A stretch of 64,000 nt of DNA from Nemertoderma westbladi. Its lineage: Eukaryota; Animalia; Xenacoelomorpha. The stretch covers positions 17,511-81,510 of the forward strand of contig JAUCBJ010006812.1 in the NCBI GenBank assembly GCA_032718475.1, read 5' to 3'. Positions within the stretch are counted from its first letter, which is position 1. Each line of letters starts with the position of its first letter. The translations under genes were made by a program, and so were the position numbers. This document shows, in pieces, positions 1 to 10,559 of this stretch. The notes under the pieces are model-generated. The model made no database searches. It was not told where the DNA came from and saw only the letters and a list, made by a program, of their open reading frames with translations.

Positions 1-146
1 GAATCGCGTAATTTTTCTTGAAATTAATATCTCGTATCTCTCCAAACCACGTACGCGTTTCGACCTTACTGGGTCGAATCAGCGTGGTGTCGGATTCGAA
101 CCTGGGACCTCGAGGAGGTAGCCGAGACTACAAACCACTAGGCCAC
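1..146 (-). mobile_element. tRNA-derived Pol III head fused to a minimal hammerhead ribozyme (copy A; SINE/retrozyme-like), running off the window start
   Basis: The minus strand reads TGGCCTAGTGG (A box)...GGTTCGAATCC (B box), then ACCACG-CTGATTC-GACC cagtaa GGTC-GAAA-CGCG-TA-CGTGGT. It is an inverted homologue of 296-447. Confidence 0.75.
46..88 (-). ncRNA. Type I minimal hammerhead ribozyme, copy A (core CUGAUGA mutated to CUGAUUC)
   Basis: Stem I ACCACG/CGTGGT is perfect; stem II is GACC/GGTC; GAAAC-GC-GUA forms a minimal palindromic stem III with a GUA cleavage triplet. Confidence 0.65.
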
Positions 147-295
147 AGGTTCTTGAGATATGGAGTATTAATTTCAAAGCCAGCTGCCATTTTATTAGCC
201 CCTGATTTTTATTATTGATAGTAACATTGTGTTGGCAAGCTGTATTTTTCGAGGTGTTTGTTACAGTATTATACATTATTATAAGGAAGGATATA

Positions 296-447
296 GGGGT
301 CTAGTGGTTGTAGACTCAAGTCTCGGCTTCCTTCTCGAGGTCCCAGGTTCAAATCCGACACCAAGCTGATGAGACCCAGTAAGGTCGAAAGGCGTACGTG
401 GTTTGGAGAGATGTGAGATATTAATTTAAAGAAAAATTACGCGATTC
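296..447 (+). mobile_element. tRNA-derived Pol III head fused to a minimal hammerhead ribozyme (copy B)
   Basis: GGTCTAGTGG A box (~298-307), GGTTCAAATCC B box (346-356), hammerhead core at 366-390, and a 3' tail shared with copy A (tttggagagat..gagatattaattt.aagaaaaattacgcgattc). Confidence 0.75.
360..402 (+). ncRNA. Type I minimal hammerhead ribozyme, copy B (intact CUGAUGA/GAAA core)
   Basis: ACCAAG-CTGATGA(366-372)-GACC-cagtaa-GGTC-GAAA(387-390)-GGCG-TA-CGTGGT. There is one stem I mismatch and GAAAG instead of GAAAC. Confidence 0.7.
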
Positions 448-1591
448 CTAAATTTGTACACTACCCGGTTAAAAAAGTACGCATGTGATGGGATTAGCCC
501 TACAATGGCGCCAATAAAAGATAAGTTATTTTCGGTAAAATAAACTTATCATTCGAGGTTAAGACCCCTAGATCCCTTCCTATAATAAATGTATAATAAC
601 AAACGTATATCTCGAAAATACAGCTTGCCAGCACAATGTTACTTGTCCCCCTGACACTTACTCTCCCCTAATCCATTTCTATTGAACAGGCAGTTTTAAG
701 GGATTGGGGGGTGGGTTGACTAATACCGATATTTTTATGAGGGTTTCAAAACATCAAACCGTTTGTTAATAGCTAATATAGATAAAAAGTTATGAGTGAT
801 AATGTTAACCTTATTCTGTGTAGGTGTCTGTGAAAACTGACAGTCTGGGATAATGTTGCTGGCGGTTTTGTGTGCTGTCAAAGTATAAGAAAAGCATTCA
901 TTATATTATGTACTATAGGTACCGGTACTACAGCGTTGATTCAACCCCTGGTGTCAGGCTTCCTTGCCCTGATGTCAATTTTTCCATGTCCATTTTTCCA
1001 ATTTTTTGGTTTAGTATCTGATCAATTTTATGTCTGTCTAGTTTATATATTGATTAGGATTACTCTGTTTGTTTGTTGGACAGTTAACTAGGGATTTTGT
1101 TTGTATTTTGTGGCCTGTGATGCGTTTTCTTAAAACAGGAAAATTGTCAATAAATTATATATATATTATTTTAATCTTAAGATCTGTTAGTTAGTTACTT
1201 CTTTTATTCAATAAATCTTGGAGATAAACAAAATATCAACACGGCTGTTGACACCAATAAGTGTCATCTGTTAATTATATTGAACAAGCGTCGTAGTCCC
1301 AATGTTGCTAAGCAACACCTTACCGGTAATAATACTACGGTACCGGTACTGTAAATAACTACATCAAAATTATATTAAGATCTGAATATAATATAGTTAC
1401 AGAAGCACAGACAAAAATAAGATAAATTAATAAACCTTCAATCGACCGGTAATGTTTTTATTTTAAATGTGCATTTTGGCATTATCTGTGCCAAAGGAAA
1501 ATGCCACGATGACGTAGATTTATTTAAAAATAAATATGATGTGCATTAATAAAAAAGTTAATCAAAGTTAATTTTTAATGTACTGTAGGGC

Positions 1592-4500
1592 CTACGTCCC
1601 TTTTAGTCCAATATTGGCATGCGCAATTTGTTTTCGTGCGGAAGAACCATCACCTTTCGTCTTTTTAATTTCGTATTTAATTTTATTTATGATGAGGGTC
1701 AAACAGATCTTGGAAAGAAGAGGCTCCTTAGCCTGAATACTTCTAATTAATTTATTTCCAGGAAATTCGGCGCACAGGATATGTCTTCCAAAACTTTTAT
1801 TGAGGGCGGCGAGCTCTTCAGCAGACCACAATTTCCGAGGTTTGTAAGGCATTATATTTCTCTTTACAATAGGAGATAATCCATTACCGGTGTCACTAAT
1901 GTACTCTTGCGTATAATCACTATTAGCGCCCGTGTGCATGTGTTTGTGCGCATTCGGAGCTTCGTTGCTCCTACTAGTGTCGTTAACAATGGGATGTTCC
2001 CCAGTGAGCGCCCATTGCTGTGTGGTATTATCGCTGTCTTCCCGTGGTTGATGAACAGAGGATCCGGCTTGGTAGTCGAGATAGGAATGACTCCGGGCTG
2101 TTACGTTATTGGTTGTGGAAAGCATGTCTGAGTCAACCGAAAGTAGTTGAGTTTGTGGGGGCAGACCTTGGGCTGTGTGGGGAGCCAATGTGTGTGTATG
2201 TGGGGGGAGACCTTGGGCTGTGTGGGAAGCCGATGCGTGTGTGTGTGGGAGGAGACCTTGGGCTGTGTGGGGGATCGAGGGGTGGGTTTGTGGAGGAAGA
2301 CCTTGGGCTGTGTGGGGGACCGAGGAGTGGGTTTGTGGAGGGAGACCTTGGGCTGTGTGGGGGGCCGATGGGTGTGTATGTTGGGGGAGACCTTGGGCTG
2401 TGTGGGGGGCCGATGGGTGTATATGTGGGGGGAGACCTTGGGCTGTGTGGGGGGCCGATGGGTGGGTTTGTGGTGGGAGACCTTGGGCTGGGTGGGGGAC
2501 CGAGGAGTGGGTTTGTGGATGGAGGCCTTGGGCTGTGTGGGGGGCCGATGGGTGTGTATGTGGGAGGAGACCTTGGGCTGTGTGGGGGGCCGATGGGTGT
2601 ATATGTGGGGGGAGGCCTTGGGCTGTGTGGGTGGCCGATGGGTGGGTTTGTTTAGGGAGACCTTGGGCTGGGTGGGGGACCGAGGAGTGGGTTTGTGGAG
2701 GGAGACCTTGGGCTGTGTGGGGGGACGATGGGTGTGTATGTGGGGGGAGACCTTGGTATGTGTGGGGGGCCGATGGGTGTGTATGTGGGGGGACACCTTG
2801 GGCTGGGTGGGGGGCCGATGGGTGTGTATGTGGGGGGAGACCTTGGGCTGTGAGTGGGGCCGATGGGTGTATATGTGGGGGGAGACCTTGGGCTGTGTGG
2901 GGGGCCGATGGGTGGGTTTGTGGTGGGAGACCTTGGGCTGGGTGGGGGACCGAGGAGTGGGTTTGTGGATGGAGGCCTTGGGCTGTGTGGGGGGCCGATG
3001 GGTGTGTATGTGGGAGGAGACCTTGGGCTGTGTGGGGGGCCGATGGGTGTATATGTGGGGGGAGGCCTTGGGCTGTGTGGGTGGCCGATGGGTGGGTTTG
3101 TTTAGGGAGACCTTGGGCTGGGTGGGGGACCGAGGAGTGGGTTTGTGGAGGGAGACCTTGGGCTGTGTGGGGGGACGATGGGTGTGTATGTGGGGGGAGA
3201 CCTTGGTATGTGTGGGGGGCCGATGGGTGTGTATGTGGGGGGACACCTTGGGCTGGGTGGGGGGCCGATGGGTGTGTATGTGGGGGGAGACCTTGGGCTG
3301 TGAGTGGGGCCGATGGGTGTATATGTGGGGGGAGACCTTGGGCTGTGTGGGGGGCCGATGGGTGGGTTTGTTTAGGGAGACCTTGGGCTGGGTGGGGGGC
3401 CGATGAGTGGGTTTGTGGAGGGAGACCTTGGGCTGTGTGGGGGGCCGAGGGGTGGGTTTGTGGAGGGAGACCTTGGGCTGCCTGGGGGACCGAGGAGTGG
3501 GTTTGTTTAAGGAGACCTTGGGCTGGGTGGGAGGCCGATGGGTGGGTTTGTTTAGGGTGACCTTGGGCTGGGTGGGGGGCCGAGGGGTGGGTTTTTTTAG
3601 GGAGACCTTGGGCTGGGTGGGAGGCCGATGGGTGGGTTTGTTTAGGGTGACCTTGGGCTGGGTGCGGGGCCGAGGGGTGGATTTGTTTAAGGAGACCTTG
3701 GGCTGGGTGGTAGGCCGATGGGTGGGTTTGTTTAGGGAGACCTTGGGCTGGGTGGGAGGCCGATGGGTGGGTTTGTTTAGGGTGACCTTGGGCTGGGTGC
3801 GGGGCCGAGGGGTGGATTTGTTTAAGGAGACCTTGGGCTGGGTGGTAGGCCGATGGGTGGGTTTGTTTAGGGAGACCTTGGGCAGGGTGGGAGGCCGATG
3901 GGTGGGTTTGTTTAGGGAGACCTTGGGCTGGGTGGGAGGCCGATGGGTAGGTTTGTTTAGGGTGACCTTGGGCTGGGTGCGGGGCCGAGGGGTGGATTTG
4001 TTTAAGGAGACCTTGGGCTGGGTGGGAGGCCGATGGGTGGGTTTGTTTAGGGTGACCTTGGGCTGGGTGGGGGGCCGATGGGTGGGTTTGTTTAGGGTAA
4101 CCTTGGGCTGGGTGGGGGGCCGAGGGGTGGGTTTGTTTAGGGTGACCTTGGGCTGGGTGGGGGGCCAAGGGGTGGGTTTGTTTACGGAGACCTGGTTCAA
4201 TAACGCTGTTCACTTTATCCATACTGCTCCCAACCGCACCTACGAATGGTTTATACTCAGTTTCATCTTCTTCCTTGATGAATATAATTTCTGGATCATC
4301 TGGCGTATCTTGTAGATGCTGAGTAGAACAATGATGTGTGCCAGTAGCGGTTATTGTATTGGTGTAGAGGGGGTTGTTATACTTATAAGTATATGATGAG
4401 AAAGTTGAAGGGGCAACTGCGTTATCAGATTCAATTGGATTAAATCTGGGTTCTATTGAATTCGGCATGGGAGCTGAAGGCACCGATCTGGGTTCTATTG

Positions 4501-7500
4501 TGTTCGGTATGGGAGCTGAATGCACCGATCTGGGTTCTATTGAGTTCGGTATGGGAGCTGAAGGCACCGATCTGGGTTCTATTGAGTTCGGTATGGGAGC
4601 TGAATGCACCGATCTGGGTTCTATTGAGTTCGGTATGGGAGCTGAAGGCACCGATCTGGGTTCTATTGAGTTCGGTATGGGAGCTGAATGCACCGATCTG
4701 GGTTCTATTGAGTTCGGTATGGGAGCTGAAGGCACCAATCTGGGTTCTATTGAGTTCGGTACGGGAGCTGAAGGCACCGACCTGGGTTCTATTGAGTTCG
4801 GTATGGGAACTGAAGGCACCAATCTGGGTTCTATTGAGTTCGGTATGGGAGCTGAAGGCACCGATCTGGGTTCTATTGAGTTCGGTATGGGAACTGAAGG
4901 CACCAATCTGGGTTCTATTGAGTTCGGTATGGGAGCTGAAGGCACCGATCTGGGTTCTATTGAGTTCGGTATGGGAACTGAAGGCACCAATCTGGGTTCT
5001 ATTGAGTTCGATAATAGAGCTGAAGGCACTGATCTGGGTTCTATTGAGTTCGGTATGGGAGCTGAAGGCACCAATCTGGGTTCTATTGACTTCCGTATGG
5101 GAGCTGAAGGCACCAATCTGGGTTCTATTGAGTTCGGTATGGGAGCTGAAGGCACCGATCTGGGTTCTATTGAGTTCGGTATGGGAACTGAAGGCACCAA
5201 TCTGGGTTCTATTGAGTTCGATAATAGAGCTGAAGGCACTGATCTGGGTTCTATTGAGTTCGGTATGGGAGCTGAAGGCACCAATCTGGGTTCTATTGAC
5301 TTCCGTATGGGAGCTGAAGGCACCAATCTGCATCTGCGTGTTATTAAATTCGAGTCGTTCTCTAAAGGGCCCTGTCTCTCGTCTATATGGTTTACTGTGG
5401 GGTGTATGTGGTTCAGTCTGGCTACCATAGGATTCAATCTTGCTAGTATTGAGTTCGGTGTTGATTTCATCTCGTTTTCTCCGTGGTTAATTGAGTATGG
5501 TATGCTGTCTAATGGGTTCAATCTCTCGTCTATTTCGATTACAGTGGCTGCAGGATCTATTGAGTTTAGCCTGGATTCGATTGGCAATGACCTTTTATCT
5601 TCCGGAGGGGTGTCTGTCTGCTTGATGCGCTGTGACGTCACCACGGACTGTTTGAAGGAGTAACCGGGGGTGGAATTGGAAGTGGGCGCATCTGGGGATT
5701 TCCCACAGTATCTACAATAAAACAACACGTACCGGTATAATTACACCACACTTACGCAATATAATAGCACACTATATGAGATTTGAAACAGAATTACTTC
5801 AACCTATTACTACAAACTTTATTAAACCTTCCTTTTCTTTATACAGTATATGACACGTTCGTGGGGCCTTCGCGCAGCACGAGAGCCTATATTAGAAAGT
5901 ACATCTTAATCTTTAATCTCTAATAATCTTTATTAGATATGAAAACTGTCTTTCCTAAAATATTTTTGAGTGAAGGCGATGCTATCAGTTTGTGATAAAC
6001 TAGTTGTAAAAATAGAGATCCATTTCAGTTTCCCCTTACACACTTATCTGTCATTTGTAAACCTTCTAACTAGGGCTATTAAAGTCAAGTATGACATTTT
6101 TAGTTTTACAATACTATTCACCTTCATTAGCCTCGTTGCGCTCGTCCTGTTTTGTCTTAAAATAATTTCCCTAAACGGAGACTAACGACCTTTATAACTG
6201 TACAAAGTCTCGAAACTGTGAGAGTAACTGCTGATTTATGTCAGATGGATACTAGTATCCACTGTAAACTCGTTGCGTTCATACGTTTTTGACCAAACTT
6301 GAGATTCTTTCTAAACTTTTGCCGGACTACATACGTACCAAGTTTCGTTTAATTTCATCAAGGAATAACCGAGTTATTAGCGATCAAAAATTTACGACAG
6401 ACGACGACGACAGACAACTCGTTAATGATACCCAAATGCTAAGGCTTCGCTCACTTCGTGGCTCGCCCCAAATATAACTTTGAATGTTGAATTTTTGATA
6501 CTTTTCATTGGGCACCGCTTGACGAAGTCGGCATCTAACAGGGTGACCTCCAGGGATCGAACAGGTGACCCCCAGACTGGTAGTTTGGCATTCTAACCAA
6601 AGGTTGACATAGAAAAACTACTGATGTATTTTCATTGTATGTCTACACTATCCCTATACACCATCCCTCATGGCCACCCACACCCCTCCACCAATCATCT
6701 GCAGCCATTGCGCTCAACGCTAATTAATGTACTTGATAGCCCATCCAATCAGCTACAGTGAAAGAGTAGTGCATATTTAACTACGAGTTATCATGATCAC
6801 TATAATTAAAGTGGTATTGAAGGTTAACATTTCCTTTACAGTGTTTGGAGCGTCCAAATTCCAAACAATTCGATCCAAATCCAACAGGGTGGCCATAGCC
6901 CAACGGAACGGAAATGTCTACAATGTTTTTTTACATATTGGCTATAAGCAATAATGTAAATTAAGATGCCTATGTATGCCTACGTGAATGCGTGGCGAAG
7001 TATGAAATTTTAATATCTTAATTTACAAATTTGACATGAAATTTTTTGTTTCTCTCATTAAAAAATTCCACCAACAATGAAAAAAAGTGATACTTCTTTC
7101 TCACTAGATACTTACCGAGATTTCTTACGGTAAATCACTCTCATCCCAGCATTATTGTGCAGGTACCTAAACGGTGACGTCACCGATGACCTCATTGATC
7201 TCTGCCTCAGACTCTTCTCGAGGTAAATTGTGGGTGGTACATAAGCCGTCGATTGTGGCGGGTAATGGGATAAGGCCGATGTTGTGGGGGTGTTGATAGA
7301 GTCAGAAGACATCGAACGCTTCAGCCACTTAGCAATATGTTCGGACGTACATTTAGAAACGACGTAATCCTCCAGAAAACTCGAGTTAGAGTCCAGGTAT
7401 TCTTTGAGAAAGTTACGCAAAAACGAACCATTTTCCAAACAAATGATAGCGAATATGGATTTGTTAATTATTAAGGCCTTGGCCGATTCACCAGTAAGTT

Positions 7501-7522
7501 GCATTGTCTCCTCAGATTCCAT
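1592..7522 (-). CDS. Uncharacterised ~1508-aa protein (2 exons: 7522-7116, 5711-1592); PDE-like N-terminal helix motif, Pro/His-rich repeats, C-terminal Myb/SANT-like domain
   Basis: Donor TCTCG|GTAAGT (phase 2) joins acceptor ttttattgtag|A (phase 2) in frame; total 4527 nt. The exon 2 frame stays open through unique sequence on both sides of the repeats. C-terminal RKLWSAEELAALNKSFGRHI..FPG; IKEE motif; AATAAA on the minus strand at ~1457-1462. Confidence 0.65.
2152..4195. repeat. Coding 45-bp minisatellite (~45 units; 15-aa HPSAPHTAQGLPPQT-type unit) with a 450-bp higher-order duplication
   Basis: Unit ggagaccttgggctgtgtggggggccgatgggtg...; block ~2408-2857 recurs at ~2858-3307. The + strand is G-rich. 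Confidence 0.95.
4444..5330. repeat. Coding 42-bp minisatellite (~21 units; IEPRSVPSAPIPNS)
   Basis: Unit atctgggttctattgagttcggtatgggagctgaaggcaccg. Confidence 0.95.
6270..6476 (+). mobile_element. Possible Helentron/DINE-1-like non-autonomous element fragment
   Basis: taccaagtttcg..aatttcatcaagg motif, GACA/GAC microsatellite (gacagacgacgacgacagaca) and a short 3' hairpin-like segment (ggcttcgc...ggctcgcc). Assignment from recalled architecture only. Confidence 0.35.
6500..6605 (-). mobile_element. Degenerate tRNA-derived SINE head
   Basis: Minus strand tggttagaatgcc...ctgggggtcacctGTTCGATCCctgg (A/B-box-like); no complete cloverleaf. Confidence 0.4.
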
Positions 7523-8345
7523 ATTATATTACAGGATAAAGGACATTCTTATTTTGTAACAATCTGCACCAAACAACAGTTACAAACAAAATTTTACAAT
7601 ATCAATTATTAGGCCAAAGACTAAACAATAAAGATGAATTCCAATATTGGCAGGATGAAGGTACCGGATTTGTACTAGTACATATTGTGAACATGTAGAT
7701 TGACTGGAAAGAAATCAAAAAATATTTGTTATTGTTTGTAGGTAACCTGGCAATGAATTCGAAAGTGGTTTCCCCAGACTAGGATGGACCAATACTGAGT
7801 CACTAACTCATCATTGCACGCGTGCAGTACGTCAGGGTAGATCATACTCATACTCACGTTGGTATAACACATTGTATGCGACGAATATACTACACTTAGA
7901 CCACAATAATAATTTACAAACTTTTTAAAAGTACCCAAGTAAATTATTATACTTAGATACATTATAACACAGATAACATTATTTCGTAGCATATTAGTAG
8001 CATTATCTGTAGTACCAAGGCAGACAGCCAGGCGGCACGCTCACAAAATGAATGAGATGCGTGTTCCTTTTTGTCTATGTCTATATTTAATTATTTAAAC
8101 GGGTGAGTGATCAGTGATGTATAGAAAAGTAGCCATGAAGTATATTTCATCCTACAACATAATAATATTACTATCCATATTAGATTAAGGATATATTATT
8201 TACATGAGGCCTCAAAATGCAATATAGCACTCCCAATATAATCACAGTACAGACATGAAGCTGATTCACTCCCAACACGTGTCCTTACAGGTGACCCAGC
8301 ATTAAGGGATAGGCTCGACGCTTCCTTTGTTAGGAACTGCTACTG

Positions 8346-9594
8346 GGTGTCGTCGCGTTACGGCTAATGTCGCGTTACGGCTAATTTTTTGAGAGATTAG
8401 CCGTAACGCGACTTTCAAAAGTCGCGGTACGGCTACTCCAAAAGTCGCGTTACGGCTAATTGTCGCGTTACGGCTAATCTATTGTCTTGGTTTTACATAG
8501 GGAATCATTTCCAATATTATTCTATGGTGTTTACGTACAGATGAGGTCCGAAAAATGTAATGTAATAATGGTTTACAGCGTGTCTTCATACTGTATGTTC
8601 TTCGACAACCTCGTATTCAATATAATATTGTATTCTATGGTATTCTTAGTCACAGCCTCAAGCACAGATACGGATTACAGCCAATAATAGCAGCCGAAGA
8701 AACAATGAATGGTTTTGTGGAACATATTCCACTGCTTCATATCGATGTTGTTAACCAACAACGCCTGGCTCGCTACCTGGACCATATCGCGCTCTGTTTG
8801 GGGACTGACAAGCAGGCAATGGTCCATCCTTCCAGCACCCAGGTCCATCACCCAGTTGAAAGTCCAGCTGCATTGGGAGGGGGTGGTGATCCCGACTGGC
8901 ATGTTGGTGTAGTGAACCACACCTTCGCGGCTGAACTATTTCTTCCCAACCCAACCCCGACCACCCCTTCGCGGCCGAACCATTCCAACCCAACCCACCA
9001 CCGAACCAAATGCCATACGCGGGCGATGACTGGCTAATTCAAGAGCTTTAGTTTTAGATACTTTTGATTTGATTATTATAATGATAAATTCAAAGTGCAA
9101 TATTTCGGCAAAATACTGATATACTTTCGACCAATATACCTATATGGTACTGTGTACTGTGTGGTACTCAATGCAGCAAAAATAATACAATAATTACTAA
9201 ATTAAGTTTTTTAGTTAAAATCCCCCCCCCCCCCCCCCCCCTGGATACTCCCTCCCATGCTGTAAAACATTATTACATTAAATTTTTCTCACCTTTCTCA
9301 TCTGTACGTAAACACCATAGAATAATATTGATAATGATTCCCTATGTAGAACCAAGACAATAAATTAGGCATCACGCGACAATTAGCCGCAACGCGACTT
9401 TTTGAGTAGCTGTACCGCGACTTTCAAAGTCGCGTTACGGCTACTGTGCAAATTAGCCGTAACGCGACAATTAGCCGTAACGCGACGTTTTGAGTAGCCG
9501 TACCGCGACTTTCATAGTCGCGTTACGGCTAATCTGAAAATTAGCCGTAACGCGACTTTCCGTAATGCGACATTAGCCGTACCGCCACTGCGCC
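8346..9594. mobile_element. Non-autonomous Mutator-like (MULE) foldback element with repetitive TIRs
   Basis: GG...CC termini and a 9-bp TSD ctgctactg (8337-8345, 9595-9603). TIRs are built of gtcgcgttacggcta repeats, plus longer inverted segments (~8484-8550 vs ~9285-9360). Confidence 0.8.
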
Positions 9595-10559
9595 CTGCTA
9601 CTGTACAACACATTTTCCATCCCATTCGTGTCAAAACGGCAACAACTTCTTGAATAATTTGGGGTTACTTAACCTTCTAACTACCATGGGTGCGCTCTAC
9701 TTTACAATGCGTACAGTATGCACTCCCAGCTCACCACAGCGTATAATTCGTCACATACATTTTATTACATATCATATATTTTAAAGTGTATTCTGCACTT
9801 GTGATATTTTTACTACCGATATCCGTTTCCGATATTCCCCAGTAGAGATATCCGGTATCGTACCTTTATGAACTATTTCCGATAATTTAGAATTATTTAA
9901 TTTAATTATAGCCTGTCGTGTCGGGGCGTAATCCGTGCCTAATAATAATATGGTAGTTAATATTATCATAAGGCGTTGATTATCACTAGTAGTTTGAGTA
10001 AACCGGTTCCGCTTTTGGATACACAAGTAATGTGTGAGTTACCGGTATTTGTGGCCGAATCACTAACGATTATTCATTCCATCACGCTCGGGTCACTCGT
10101 CATGAGCTCTCAACTTTCAATTAAAATATATAATACATAGAACCATTATTATGGGCAAATCGATATAGTATTTATATTATTTAGTATCAATGTAACAAAG
10201 TCCTAAGGTGTAAACCGGGAGGTAGTTCTTAGTTGAATGTTGAAAGCTCATGGTATGGCCCGGGCGAAGGATTCTTAGTGCGTCAACTTGGTATATTCAG
10301 GTAGCTGATACTCCTACACCGCACCGATTTAGTTTCAACTATATTATATTTCCTATTCATTCCAACATAATTATAAAGATATTACTGTCATCCATTATAT
10401 TTATAATTTCCTAAGAAATAAATGAATATATTTAGTTAGAAGGAAAGTTTATTCCTCACAAGGTTTTCCTCATTAATATTGCAATGCCATTAATTGCTCT
10501 ACGTCATAACCAGCACAGTGATATTATACTACAACTCAACGGAACACCAATTATTATAT

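Larger units (their letters stand above)
220..643. repeat. ~80-bp imperfect inverted repeats (220-302 / ~563-643) enclosing hammerhead copy B
   Basis: agtaacattgtgttggcaagctgtatttttcgag...aggaaggatataggggtct versus agacccctagatcccttcct...ctcgaaaatacagcttgccagcacaatgttact. A further partial copy lies at ~16613-16643. Confidence 0.75.

Noticed and set aside
89-146. Functional tRNA gene (also 296-360, 6500-6605, 60690-60757)
   Set aside because: A/B boxes are present but no complete cloverleaf could be folded; better explained as SINE heads.
2020-5663. Plus-strand and alternative-frame ORFs over the 45- and 42-bp arrays
   Set aside because: Largely confined to the repeats; only the 1592-5711 minus frame extends through unique sequence on both sides.
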